From the NCBI GenBank assembly GCA_963832165.1, contig CAWHTE010000005.1, positions 36,850 to 100,849 on the forward strand: a stretch of DNA of 64,000 nt. Direction: 5' to 3'. Positions 7,454-18,016 of this stretch are shown here, piece after piece. Within the stretch, counting starts at the first letter, position 1, and each line of letters starts with the position of its first letter. Under the pieces are notes generated by a model. It was not told the DNA's origin, did not search any database, and saw only the letters and a list, made by a program, of their open reading frames with translations. The position numbers and the translations under genes are program-made. Source of the stretch: an uncultured delta proteobacterium. GTDB lineage: Bacteria; Myxococcota_A; UBA9160; SMWR01.

Positions 7454-10400
7454 GAAGCGACCGCCGCTTCCAGAGCGCGAACAGCGCGGGATAGACCAGC
7501 AGTTCGAGCGCGAACGAGCTCGCGAGCCCGCCGACCATCGGCGCCGCGATCCGCTTCATCACGTCCGCGCCGCTGCCGCTGCTCCACAGGAGCGGGAGGA
7601 GGCCCGCCGTCATCGCGACCACGGTCATGAGCTTGGGCCGGATCCGGCGCGCCGCGCCCTCGACGATCGCGTCCTCGAGGTCGCGCTCGCTGCGCAGCTC
7701 GCCGCGCGCGGCGCGCTCGCCGTGCGCGAGCGTCAGGTAGAGCAGCATCACGACGCCGGTCTGCGCGTCGAGCCCCGCGAGCGCGATGATCCCGACCCAG
7801 ACGCCGACGCTCAGGTTGTAGCCGAGCGCCCAGAGCAGCCAGAACGCGCCGATCAGCGAGAACGGCACCGCGAGCAGCACGATGCCCGTCTCCACGAGCG
7901 AGCCCGTGTTCAGGAACAAGAGCAATGCCACGAGCGCGATCGTGAGCGGCACGACGAGCAGCAGCCGATCCTTCGCGCGCTCGTAGTGCTCGAACTGGCC
8001 CGCCCACGCGATCCGCGTGCCCGCGGGCAGCGAGACCTGCTCCGCCACGGCGCGGCGCGCCTCGTTCACGTAGTCGACGATCGGGCGCTCGCCTGATGTC
8101 CACGGCGACGTAGCCGACCAGGCGCCCCGACTCGCTGCGCACGAAATCGGGGCCCATCGCGAACGAGAAGTCGGCCACCTGCGCGAGCGGGACCTGCGCT
8201 CCGCCCGGCGTCGCCACGAGCACACGGCGCAGCGCGTCGAGGTCTTCGCGGTAATCGCGCGCGTAGCGCACGTTGATCGGGTAGCGCTCGCGGCCCTCGA
8301 TCGTCTGCGACACGTTGCGCCCGCCGATCGCGGTCTCGACCACCTCGTTCACGTCGCTCGCGCGCACGCCGTAGCGCGCGGCGTCCTCGCGCCGGATCGA
8401 GACGTCGAGGAAGAAGCCGCCCGAGAGCCGCTCGGCCAAGGCGCTGCGCGTGCCCGGGATCTGCGCGAGCACGGCCTCGATCTCGCGCCCGGCGCGGTCG
8501 ATCGCGGCGAGGTCGGGCCCGAACACCTTGACGGCGAGCTGGCTGCGCACGCCGGTCGCGAGCATCTCGGTGCGCGTCTGGATCGGCATCCAGAAGATGT
8601 TCGGCATGCCCGGGTAGCGCAGCGTCTGGTCCATCTCCGACACGAGCCGCTGCCAGGTCATGCCCTCGCGCCACTGCTCGCGCGGCTTGAGCGTGATCAC
8701 GGTCTCGACCATCGAGAGCGCCGGCCGGATCGGAAGACGTCTCGGCGCGCCCGATCTTGCCGAACACGCGCGCGACCTCGGGGAACTGCATGAGCTCCTG
8801 GTCCATGCGCTGCAGCACGTCCGCGGCCTCGGTGATCGACATGCCCGGCGGCGCGGTCGGCATGTACAGGATCGTGCCCTCGTTGAGCGGCGGCATGAAC
8901 TCGCTGCCGAGCGCAAATACCACGGGTACCGTCGTCGCGAAGAGCAGCAGCGCCCCCGCGATCACGGTGCCGCGCCGCCGCACCACCCAGCGCACGACCG
9001 GCGCGTAGGCGCGCACGAGCGCGCGGTTGATCGGATGCTCGTCCTCGCTGCGGATCCGGCCGCGGATGAACAGCGCCGCGAGCGCGGGCGTGAGCGTCAC
9101 CGAGAGCACGGCCGCGAAGCCCATCGCGTAGGTCTTCGTGTAGGCGAGCGGCTTGAACAGGCGCCCCGCGGTCGCCTCGAGCGTGAAGATCGGCAGGAAC
9201 GAGACCGTGATCACGAGCAGCGCGAAGAAGACGGCTCGGGCCGACCTCCTGCATCGCGCGCAGGATCACCGCGTCGCGTGGCCCGGGCCGGCCCGCGTGC
9301 TCCCAGCCCTCGAGGCGCTTGTGCACGTTCTCGACCAGGATGATCGAGGCGTCGACCATCGCGCCGATCGCCACGGCGATCCCGCCCAGCGACATGATGT
9401 TCGCGGTGAGTCCCTGCTGGACCATCGGGATGAACGCGAGCACGACCCCGACCGGGATCGTGAGGATCGGGATCAGCGCGCTGCGAACATGCAGGAGAAA
9501 CACGAAGATCACGAGCGAAACGATCGCCAGCTCTTCGAAAAGCGTGCGGCGCAGCGTGGCGATCGAGCCCTCGATCAGCTCCGAGCGGTCGTAGGTGGTC
9601 ACGACCTCGACGCCCTCGGGCAGCCCGGCCTGGAGCTCGGCCAGGCGCTCCTTCACCGCGTCGATCACGCGCAGCGCGTTCTCGCCGTAGCGCATCACCA
9701 CGATCCCGCCGACCGCCTCGCCCTCGCCGTCGAGCTCCACGAGGCCCCGGCGCATCTCGGGACCGAACGACACGGTCGCCACGTCTTCGAGGTAGACCGG
9801 CGTGCCCCCGTCGCTCGCGCCCAGCGGGATGCGGCGCAGGTCTTCGAGCGCGTGCACGCGCCCGCGCCCGCGCACCGCGTACTCGTGTCCCGCGAACTCG
9901 ACGACCTGCCCGCCGGCGTCCTCGTTCGACTCGCGCACGGCGCGGATCACGTCCTGGATCGGCAGGTCGCGCGCGAGCAGCTTGTTCGGGTCGACCTGCA
10001 CCTGGTACTGGCGCACGAAGCCGCCCACCGACGCCACCTCGGCGACGCCGGGCACGCTCGCGAGCGCATAGCGCAGGTTCCAGTCCTGGAGGCTGCGCAG
10101 CTCTGCGAGGTCGTGGCGACCCGTGCGGTCGATGAGCGCGTACTCGAACACCCAGCCGACGCCGGTCGCGTCGGGACCGATCACGGGCACGACGCCGCTC
10201 GGAAGCTGGCCCTGGACGCCCGAGAGGTACTCGAGCACGCGGCTGCGCGCCCAGTAGATGTCGGTCCCGTCCTCGAAGATCGCGTACACGAACGAGAGTC
10301 CGAAGAACGACTGGCCGCGCACGAAGCGGACGTTGGGCGCCGAGAGCAGACGCGCCGAGATGGGATAGGTGATCTGGTCCTCGACGAGGTTGGGGCTCTG

Positions 10401-10565
10401 GCCCGGCCACTCGGTGAACACGATCACCTGGACGTCGGAGAGATCGGGAATCGCGTCGAGCGCCGTGCCGCGCAGCGACGCGACACCCCACGCGGTGGCT
10501 GCGACCACGGTCAGGATCGCGAGCGCGCGATTGCGCGCGCACCACTCGATCAGGCGCGCGATCAC
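7454..10565 (-). CDS. cusA: CusA/CzcA-family heavy-metal RND efflux permease (frameshifts near 9235, 8720, 8095; no own stop codon)
   Basis: LDAIPDLSDVQVIV, GPDATGVGWV, NIMSLGGIAVAIGAMVDAS, EFMPPLNEG, PIQTRTEMLATG, RIRPKLMT, MKRIAAPMVGG; start overlaps the adaptor stop (GTGA). Confidence 0.9.
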
Positions 10566-12016
10566 CACTGCTCCAATGCGGCGCGCAGCCGACTCTCGGA
10601 CGCGATCAGGAACGTGGCCGAGGTGACGATCGGATCGCCGGCCTCGAGTCCCGCGAGGATCTCGACGTCCTCGCCGCTGCGCAGCCCGACCTCCACGCGC
10701 TGCGGGCGGAATCGCCCGTCGCCGAGCGAGCGGAACACGAAGCTGCGCTCGCCCGCGTAGAGCACGGCGGACTGCGGCACGACCAGCCGCTCGCCGCGGT
10801 CGGCCTCGATCCGCACGTTCGCGTACATGTCGGGCCGCAGCGCGAGGTCGGGATTGGGCAGCGCGAGGCGGAGCCGCGCCGTGCGCGTCTTCGGGTCGAG
10901 CGTGGGATAGACGTAGGCGACGGTCGCCTCGAAGGTGTGCCCGGGCTGATAGGGCAGCGTCACGCTCGCGTGTTGCCCCTCGCGCACGAGCGACAGCTCC
11001 GACTCGTACACCTCCGCCTCGATCCACACTCGCGCGAGCGACGCGATCCGGTACAGGCGCTGTCCGGCCTCGAACGCACTGCCCTCGACGAGATTCTTCT
11101 CGACCACGTAGCCGGTCACGGGCGAGCGGATCGGCAGGTGCTCGAGCGGCTCACCGCTTTTCGCGAGCCGCTCGAGGTCGGCATCCGCGATGTCCCAGAG
11201 CCGCAGCCGGTTGCGCGCGGCGCGCACGAGATAGTCGGAGCGGTCGGGCGCGTTCGTGGCGCTCGCGCGCTCCTGGCTGCGCAGCGCCGTGAGGAATTCC
11301 TGCTGCGCCGCGTGGAGCTCCGGGCTGTAGACGCCGAACAGCACGTCCCCCTTCTTCACGGGCGCGCCGATCGCATTGGCGTGGACCGCTCCGGCCCAGC
11401 CGTTCATCTTGAGCGCGACGTCCGCGAGCGTGGTCTCCTCGGACGTGACCCGGCCGACCGCGCGCACCGCGGACACGAGCGCGCGGCGCTCGGCGGGCGC
11501 GATCTTCACGCCGATCCGCTGCAGGCGCCCGGGCTCGATCGCGAACTCGGGCGCCCCCTCGCCCTGCGGCGCCGGAGCGGCCTCCGCCGCGGCGCCCTGG
11601 AGACGCACGCCGGACGTGCCGACCGCGAGCGATCCCTGCGCGCGCGCGACCGGCCCGCCGGCCGGCTGCGCGGCGATCGCGACGTTCCAGCTGCCGGCCA
11701 TGTCGAGCGCGAACTCCGCGCGGTAGCGGCCCTCTCCTTCTTCCGTCACGTGCGCGGGCCCGCCCATCGCGGGCATCGCGCCCATCGCGTGCATGACCAC
11801 CTCGACGTCGACGTCGGCGCCCGCAACCGGCTTCCCCGACGCGTCGCGGAGTTCGACCCAGAGCGTGTTCTGGCCCACGCGCAGCTCGGCGGGCTCCACC
11901 GCCACCTCGATCTCGAGGCCCTGCGCGCGCACGGTCACCGGCTCGGAGCGCGATCCGCAGGCGAGGAGTCCGAGCCACACGGCACCGAGCGAGAGCCATC
12001 GAATCAGCGCGCTCAC
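10562..12016 (-). CDS. CusB-like RND periplasmic adaptor with N-terminal lipobox and YtkA-like Met-rich domain
   Basis: LLACG lipobox, MHAMGAMPAM, YSPELHAAQQE, IRSPVTG, YPTLDPKTRT, LRPDMYA, FLIASESRL. Confidence 0.88.
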   Translation of the reverse strand: MSALIRWLSLGAVWLGLLACGSRSEPVTVRAQGLEIEVAVEPAELRVGQNTLWVELRDASGKPVAGADVDVEVVMHAMGAMPAMGGPAHVTEEGEGRYRAEFALDMAGSWNVAIAAQPAGGPVARAQGSLAVGTSGVRLQGAAAEAAPAPQGEGAPEFAIEPGRLQRIGVKIAPAERRALVSAVRAVGRVTSEETTLADVALKMNGWAGAVHANAIGAPVKKGDVLFGVYSPELHAAQQEFLTALRSQERASATNAPDRSDYLVRAARNRLRLWDIADADLERLAKSGEPLEHLPIRSPVTGYVVEKNLVEGSAFEAGQRLYRIASLARVWIEAEVYESELSLVREGQHASVTLPYQPGHTFEATVAYVYPTLDPKTRTARLRLALPNPDLALRPDMYANVRIEADRGERLVVPQSAVLYAGERSFVFRSLGDGRFRPQRVEVGLRSGEDVEILAGLEAGDPIVTSATFLIASESRLRAALEQW

Positions 12017-13347
12017 CACGCCACCCCCGGAATCTCGCCGATCGCGCGGTCGAGCTCGGCGCGGCGGCGCGAGACGTCCGCGAGCGCCTGCTGGTATGCG
12101 AGCTCGACGCTGCGCAGGTTGCGCTGCGCATCGATCAGCGCGAGGAAGCTGTTGCGCCCGCTCTCGAACCCCGTGCGCGCCGCGTCGACCTGGTCGCGCG
12201 ATGCGGGAAGCTGGCGGTCTCCGATCAGGTGCAGCACGTGGTGCGCCTCCGCATAGCGCGCAGCGCCGCGCTCGACGTCGAGCCGCACCTCGTCCTCGAG
12301 CGCAGCGCGCTCGCTGCGCATCTGCTCGAGGCGCGCATCGGCCTCCTCGACCGCCGCGCTGCGCCGCGGCAGCTGCAGCGGCACGTTCATCGCGAGCCCG
12401 ACCGAGGGCCGCAGCTCGCTCTCTTCCCAGAAGCGGTCGTAGCCGCCCGACACCGTGAAGTCGGGCCAGTACTCGCGCCGCGCGAGGTCCGCGCGCGCCT
12501 GCCCGGCATTCACGCGCGCTGCGGCGGCCGCGAGCTCGGGGCGCCGCTCGAACGCCTGCGCCACGAGCGGATCCAGCGCGCGCTCGTCCGCGGTCGGCAG
12601 CGCCGCGTGCGCGGGCGGGGGCGGCAGCGGCGCGCGCGAGCTGCGGTGCAGCAGTGCGTTGATCTGCTCGGCCACGATCCGGCGCTGCGCCTCGAGCACG
12701 ACGCGGTCGTGCAGCGCATGGGTCAGCTCCACCTCGGCCTGGATCGGATCCTGCTGCGCGGCCTGACCGGCCTCGTAGCGCGTCGTCGCGATCTGCTGGA
12801 ACGACTCGAGCAGCTCGATGTGCTGGGTGTTCACTTCGAGCGAGCGCGCGGCCACGTAGTAGTCGTCGTAGAGCAGCGAGGTCATCAGCGCGAGCCGCAG
12901 ACGCACCGCCGAGAAGTCGCGCTGGGCGGCCTCCGCCTCGCCGAGCGCAGCCTGTCCGCGCAGCGCGAGCTTGCCCGGGAACGGCAGCGCCTGGGAGAGC
13001 TCGAGCGTGTAGGCCTCGTCCACGCGGTGCGTCCCGAACGAGCGCGGTGCGAGCGAGCCGCCGAGCATCGGGTCGTCGAGCGCGGTGACCTGCGGATAGA
13101 GCGCCAGCGCCGCGCGCCAGGCATAGCGCGCAGCGCGCAGGCTCGGGTTGCGCTCGAGCACCTGCTGCACGAGCACGCCTCGCGGAAGCTCGACCATGCC
13201 TGAAAAGAGCTCGTCGCCCGCGTCGGCGGAGGGCGCGCTGGGCGCCGTCCGCTCCCAGTCTTCGCGGAGCGTCCGGTAACGACTCGATGAAGCGACTGCA
13301 CAGCCGCACAGGGCGATGGCCAGCAGAGGCGCGATGGTCGCGCGCAT
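12013..13347 (-). CDS. TolC-family outer-membrane efflux protein
   Basis: Lipoprotein-like signal, NPSLRAAR, SQALPFPGKL, RYEAG, helical repeats; first gene of a tripartite efflux operon. Confidence 0.9.
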   Translation of the reverse strand: MRATIAPLLAIALCGCAVASSSRYRTLREDWERTAPSAPSADAGDELFSGMVELPRGVLVQQVLERNPSLRAARYAWRAALALYPQVTALDDPMLGGSLAPRSFGTHRVDEAYTLELSQALPFPGKLALRGQAALGEAEAAQRDFSAVRLRLALMTSLLYDDYYVAARSLEVNTQHIELLESFQQIATTRYEAGQAAQQDPIQAEVELTHALHDRVVLEAQRRIVAEQINALLHRSSRAPLPPPPAHAALPTADERALDPLVAQAFERRPELAAAAARVNAGQARADLARREYWPDFTVSGGYDRFWEESELRPSVGLAMNVPLQLPRRSAAVEEADARLEQMRSERAALEDEVRLDVERGAARYAEAHHVLHLIGDRQLPASRDQVDAARTGFESGRNSFLALIDAQRNLRSVELAYQQALADVSRRRAELDRAIGEIPGVAW

Positions 13348-13369
13348 GAATTCCTCGCGTTCGACGTGT

Positions 13370-13456
13370 GATGGGGCGGATCCGGCCGAAGGCCGGGCTC
13401 CGCCGATTCCGGGCGCAGAAATGGCGGATTACGCCCTTTGGGCTAATCCGCCCTAC
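13370..13456. repeat. Inverted pair of REP-like palindromes
   Basis: 13423-13456 reads GTAGGGCGGATTAGCCCAAAGGGCGTAATCCGCC on minus (GTAG foot plus palindrome); degenerate opposite copy GGCGGATCCGGCCGAAGGCCGGGCTCCGCC at 13375-13404. Confidence 0.7.
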
Positions 13457-13475
13457 TGATGCCGAGCCGCGCGGA

Positions 13476-13820
13476 TCAGAGTCGTCGAACGACCGAGAGC
13501 TGCAGCGCGGAGGCGCGAGACGCGAATTCGCGCGCACGGAGAGGCGCGAGATGGCTGGCGGGAATCGGCTCCGCGGGCCGCGGCGCCAGCGAGAGGGCCG
13601 GCGTCACGGGCTTCGCCTTCACGGGCTCGGGCGCCGCAGGCGCAGCCGGTACGAGCTCACAGCAGTCGGAGCTCTCGATTTCACAGGCCGGATCCGCCGC
13701 GGCGGAGCGCTCGGGGCAGCACGGCGCGCACATCGCGTTCGCGAACGCGCGCACGCCAGGCAGCGCGGCGAGCGCCAGGGTCAGGGCCAGCAGCGCGGGA
13801 AGGCGCGATCTCATCGCCAT
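13476..13820 (-). CDS. Small exported Cys/Pro-rich protein upstream of the metal efflux operon
   Basis: Signal peptide, CAPCC...C...DCC, Pro/Ala-rich linker, C-terminal LSVVRRL. Confidence 0.7.
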   Translation of the reverse strand: MAMRSRLPALLALTLALAALPGVRAFANAMCAPCCPERSAAADPACEIESSDCCELVPAAPAAPEPVKAKPVTPALSLAPRPAEPIPASHLAPLRAREFASRASALQLSVVRRL

Positions 13821-13897
13821 GGAGCGGTAACAAGCCTCCGGAGCCGCGTCAATCCAGCACAGCGCTCTTCGGAGTGCGGCCGGCGCGGGTTGAGGCC

Positions 13898-16200
13898 TCA
13901 CAGCGGCGCCCGCCGCAGCCGCAGCGCGTTGGCGATCACGGAGACCGAGCTCGCGCTCATCGCGGCCGCGGCGATCATCGGATCGAGCAGCAGCCCCGAC
14001 CACGGGTAGAGCACGCCCGCCGCGATCGGAACCCCCGCCGCGTTGTACACGAACGCGAAGAAGAGGTTCTGCCGGATGTTGCGTCATCGTGCGCGTGCGA
14101 CAGCTCGCGCGCGCGCGCGATTCCGCGCAGGTCGCCCTTCACGAGCGTGACCCCCGCGCTCTCCATCGCCACGTCGGTGCCCGTGCCCATCGCGATGCCC
14201 ACGTGTGCCTGCGCGAGCGCGGGCGCGTCGTTGATGCCGTCCCCGGCCATCGCGACGATGCGACCCTCGCGCTGCAGGCGCTTCACGACCTCGGCCTTCT
14301 GGTCGGGCAGCACCTCCGCGATCACTTCGTCGATCCCGAGCCGGCGCGCCACGGACTCCGCCGTGGTGCGGCTGTCTCCGGAGAGCATCACCACGCGCAC
14401 GCGCTCGGCGTGCAGCGCGCGGATCGCCGTCGGGCGTGGTCTCCTTGATCGGGTCTGCGATCGCGAGCAGGCCCGCCACGGCGCCGTCCACCGCGGCGAA
14501 CATCACGGTCTGACCCTCGGCGCGCAGCGCTTCCGCACGTTCGGCGAGCGGGCCCGCAGCGATGCCGAGCTCGTCCAGCAGCGCGCGATTGCCGAGCGCG
14601 ACGTCGCGCCCCTCGACCCTGCCGCGCACGCCCTTGCCCGTGATCGATTCGAACTGCGAGGCGTCCGCGAGCTGCACGCCGCGCTCCGCGGCGCCCTTCC
14701 CGATCGCACTCGCGATCGGATGCTCGCTGCCGCGCTCGAGGCTCGCCGCGAGCCGCACGAGATCGTCTTCTGCGAAGCCGGGCGCAGGAACGACCGACAC
14801 CAATCGGGGTCGCCCCTCGGTCAGCGTTCCGGTCTTGTCCACGACCAGCGTGTCGACCTTGCGCATCACCTCGATCGCTTCGGCGTTGCGGAACAGGATG
14901 CCCCCCGTGGCGCCGCGGCCCGTCGCGACCATGATCGACATGGGCGTGGCCAGGCCGAGCGCGCACGGGCAGGCGATGATCAGCACCGCGATCGCATTGA
15001 GCAGCGCGTAGGCCAGCCGCGGCTCGGGGCCGGCGATCGCCCAGACCGCGAAGGTCGCCACCGCGATCGCGATCACGCACGGCACGAACCACGCCGCTAC
15101 CGCGTCGGCGAGCTTCTGCACCGGCGCGCGGCTGCGCTGCGCCTCGGCGACCAGCTGCACGATCCGCGCGAGCAGCGTGTCCGCACCCACGCGCTCGGCG
15201 CGGATCACGAGCGCGCCGGTCCCGTTGATCGTGGCGCCGATCACGCGATCGCCCGCTTCCACGGACACCGGGACGGGCTCGCCCGTGACCATCGACTGGT
15301 CGACGTGGCTGCGGCCCTCGAACACCACGCCGTCCACGGGCACCTTCTCCCCGGGCCGCACGCGCAGGCGGTCGCCCACCTGTACGGCGTCGAGCGCCAC
15401 GTCCTCTTCGCGGCCGTCCGGAGCGATCCGGCGCGCGGTCTTGGGCGTGAGCCCGAGCAGCTGCCGGATCGCGGCGCCCGTTCGCGAGCGCGCGCGCAGC
15501 TCGAGCACCTGGCCCAGCAGCACGAGCGTCACGATCACGGCCGCGGATTCGAAGTACACGGGCACCGCGCCACCGTGAGTCGCGGAACGAGTCCGGAAAC
15601 CATCCGGGCGCGAGCGCAGCCGCGGCGCTCGCGATCCACGCCGCGCCGGTCCCGAGCGCGATCAACGTGAACATGTTGAGGCGCCGCGTGCGCAGGGAGG
15701 TCCAGCCGCGCACGAAGAACGGCCAGCCGCCCCAGAACACGACGGGCGTCGCGAGCGCGAGCTGGATCCAGGTCCGCGCTGGCGAGCCCGAGTGCCCCGA
15801 GAAGCCCGGCACCATCTCCGCCATCGCGATCGCGAACACGGGCACCGTGAGCACGAGGCTCACCCAGAACCGCCGCGTCATGTCGTCGAGCTCGGGATTG
15901 CGCTCGTCAGCGGTCGCGCGGAGCGGCTCGAGCGCCATGCCGCAGATCGGACACGCGCCCGGCGCGCTGACGCCGAACCTCGGGATGCATCGGGCACGTG
16001 TATTCGCTTCCGGGCGGTGTCGCCGCCACCACCGCCATGGGCGCGAGGTACCGCTCCGGCTCCGCGCGGAACTTCTCGAGACAGCGCGCCGAGCAGAATC
16101 CGTACGTCCGACCCGCGTGCACGTACCGATGCGGGCCGTCCGGCGGGACGCTCATCCCGCACACGGGATCCTTCAGCGGTTCCACGCCACCCATGATCAT
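13898..16200 (-). CDS. copA: Copper-translocating P1B-type ATPase with N-terminal YHS and heavy-metal-binding domains (frameshifts near 15970, 15575, 14430, 14090)
   Basis: [68 protein letters not shown]. Confidence 0.92.
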
Positions 16201-16248
16201 CGGGCACTGGATCCAAATCCAGTCGATGTCCGGGAAAGACGCGCTGGA

Positions 16249-16896
16249 TCAGCCGAGGTTGCGGAACACGCCCTTGAGGAAGTCTTCCTCGGACACGCCG
16301 AACTTCGCGCCGAAGTTGTGGCGCTCGTCGATCGCGCGGTAGAGCTGGCGCAACAGCTCGCGGAACGTCTCGCGGACGCCCTCGCCCTTCGTGGCCACGG
16401 CGGGGAAGGTGGACACCGAGCCCCACGCCGCCTTGATCTCCTCGAGCGACTTCACGTCGGGCAGGTCGCGTTTATTGAACTGCACGACCTTCGGAATCTT
16501 GTCGAAGTCGATCCCGTTGCTCTTGAGATTCGCCTCCATGTCGCGCCACGAGTACGCGTTCGCGGAGGCGCTCGAGCGCTGCGAGTCGCACACGAACACG
16601 ACGGCGTCGGCGCCCGAGAGGACGACCTTGCGCGTCGACTTGTGCATCACCTGGCCCGGCACCGTGAACAGCTTCAGCTTCACGGAGAATCCGTTGGCGG
16701 TGCCGAACTCGATCGGCAGGAAGTCGAAGTAGAGCGTGCGGTCGCCCGTGGTATCGAGCGTCACCATCTTGCCGCGCGAGCCCGTGTCCACGAGCTGGTG
16801 GAGCATCTGCAGGTTGGTCGTCTTGCCGGACAGCGCGGGTCCGTAATAGACCACCTTCACGGTGATCTCGCGCTCCGACATGTTGATCTGGACCAT
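16249..16896 (-). CDS. MglA-family small Ras-like GTPase (no adjacent MglB)
   Basis: KVVYYGPALSGKTTNL, DRTLYFDFLP, TVPGQV, FNKRDL. Confidence 0.9.
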   Translation of the reverse strand: MVQINMSEREITVKVVYYGPALSGKTTNLQMLHQLVDTGSRGKMVTLDTTGDRTLYFDFLPIEFGTANGFSVKLKLFTVPGQVMHKSTRKVVLSGADAVVFVCDSQRSSASANAYSWRDMEANLKSNGIDFDKIPKVVQFNKRDLPDVKSLEEIKAAWGSVSTFPAVATKGEGVRETFRELLRQLYRAIDERHNFGAKFGVSEEDFLKGVFRNLG

Positions 16897-17004
16897 GCCC
16901 CTCGAGCCCCCGAACCGACACACCTGTACGGGGGGCTCATCGGCGAGTTGCGGGCCGATATGTAGGCAACTGCTCACACATTGCGGTGCCGCGGCCCGCG
17001 CGTT

Positions 17005-18003
17005 CTAGTCGGAGCGGAATGCTTCCAGCAGCGCGCGAGCCGCGCGCGCAGGAGTGGTCTGGAGCTCCTGGACTTCCCGCTCGAGCGCGGGAATCCGGTC
17101 GGCCACGATCGGGTGCGACCGGAACGAGCGGCGCAGTCCCTCGTCGACGAGGCTCCACATCCAGGCGCGGGTCTGCTCGCGGCGGCGCGCCGCACTCTCT
17201 CCACTCGCGCCGAGCGCATCGCGGTGCGCGAGCACCATCTGCCAGACCGCGTCGACTCCTTCGCCCGTCTGCCCGCTCGCGGACAACACGCGCGGCCGCC
17301 AGCTCGGCGAGAGCGGGCGCAACAGGGAGAGCGCGCGCTCGTAGTCCTGGCGCGCGCGCTCCGCGAGCGGGCGCACGTCGCCGTCGGCCTTGTTCACGAC
17401 GAGCCCGTCCGCGAGCTCGAGCACGCCCTTCTTGATCCCCTGCAGCTCGTCCCCCGAGCCCGGCTGCAACAGCACGAGGAAGAAGTCGACCATGCCCGCG
17501 ACCGTGATCTCGGACTGGCCGATCCCCACCGTCTCCACGATCGCGACGTCATATCCCCCCGCCTCGCAGACGAGCATCGCCTCGCGCGTGCGCGCGGCGA
17601 CTCCCCCCAGCGTGCCGCCGGACGGCGACGGGCGGATGAACGCCTCGTCGCGCTGCGCGAGCCGCTCCATGCGCGTCTTGTCGCCGAGGATGCTGCCGCG
17701 GGTGACGGGGCTGCTCGGGTCGACCGCGAGCACGGCCACGCGGTGCCCCGCGTCGAGCAGATAGAGACCGAGCGCCTCGATGAACGTGCTCTTGCCGACG
17801 CCGGGCGGGCCCGTGATGCCGACGCGCAGCGCGCCGCCCGTGTCCGACACGAGCGCGTCGAGGATCTCCTGGCCGCGCTCGGCGCGATCGGCGCGCGTGC
17901 TCTCGAGCAGCGTGATCGTGCGCGCGATCGCGCGGCGATCGCCCGCGCGGATCGCGGCGGGAACGTCGACCAGATCTTTCACCTTATCGACTTCGCTCGG
18001 CAC
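17005..18003 (-). CDS. meaB: Methylmalonyl-CoA mutase-associated GTPase
   Basis: GITGPPGVGKST, AVDPSS, ILGDKTRM, ETVGIGQSE, GDELQGIKKG, NKAD; start uncertain. Confidence 0.95.
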   Translation of the reverse strand: MPSEVDKVKDLVDVPAAIRAGDRRAIARTITLLESTRADRAERGQEILDALVSDTGGALRVGITGPPGVGKSTFIEALGLYLLDAGHRVAVLAVDPSSPVTRGSILGDKTRMERLAQRDEAFIRPSPSGGTLGGVAARTREAMLVCEAGGYDVAIVETVGIGQSEITVAGMVDFFLVLLQPGSGDELQGIKKGVLELADGLVVNKADGDVRPLAERARQDYERALSLLRPLSPSWRPRVLSASGQTGEGVDAVWQMVLAHRDALGASGESAARRREQTRAWMWSLVDEGLRRSFRSHPIVADRIPALEREVQELQTTPARAARALLEAFRSD

Positions 18004-18016
18004 GCCTCATGGCCTT

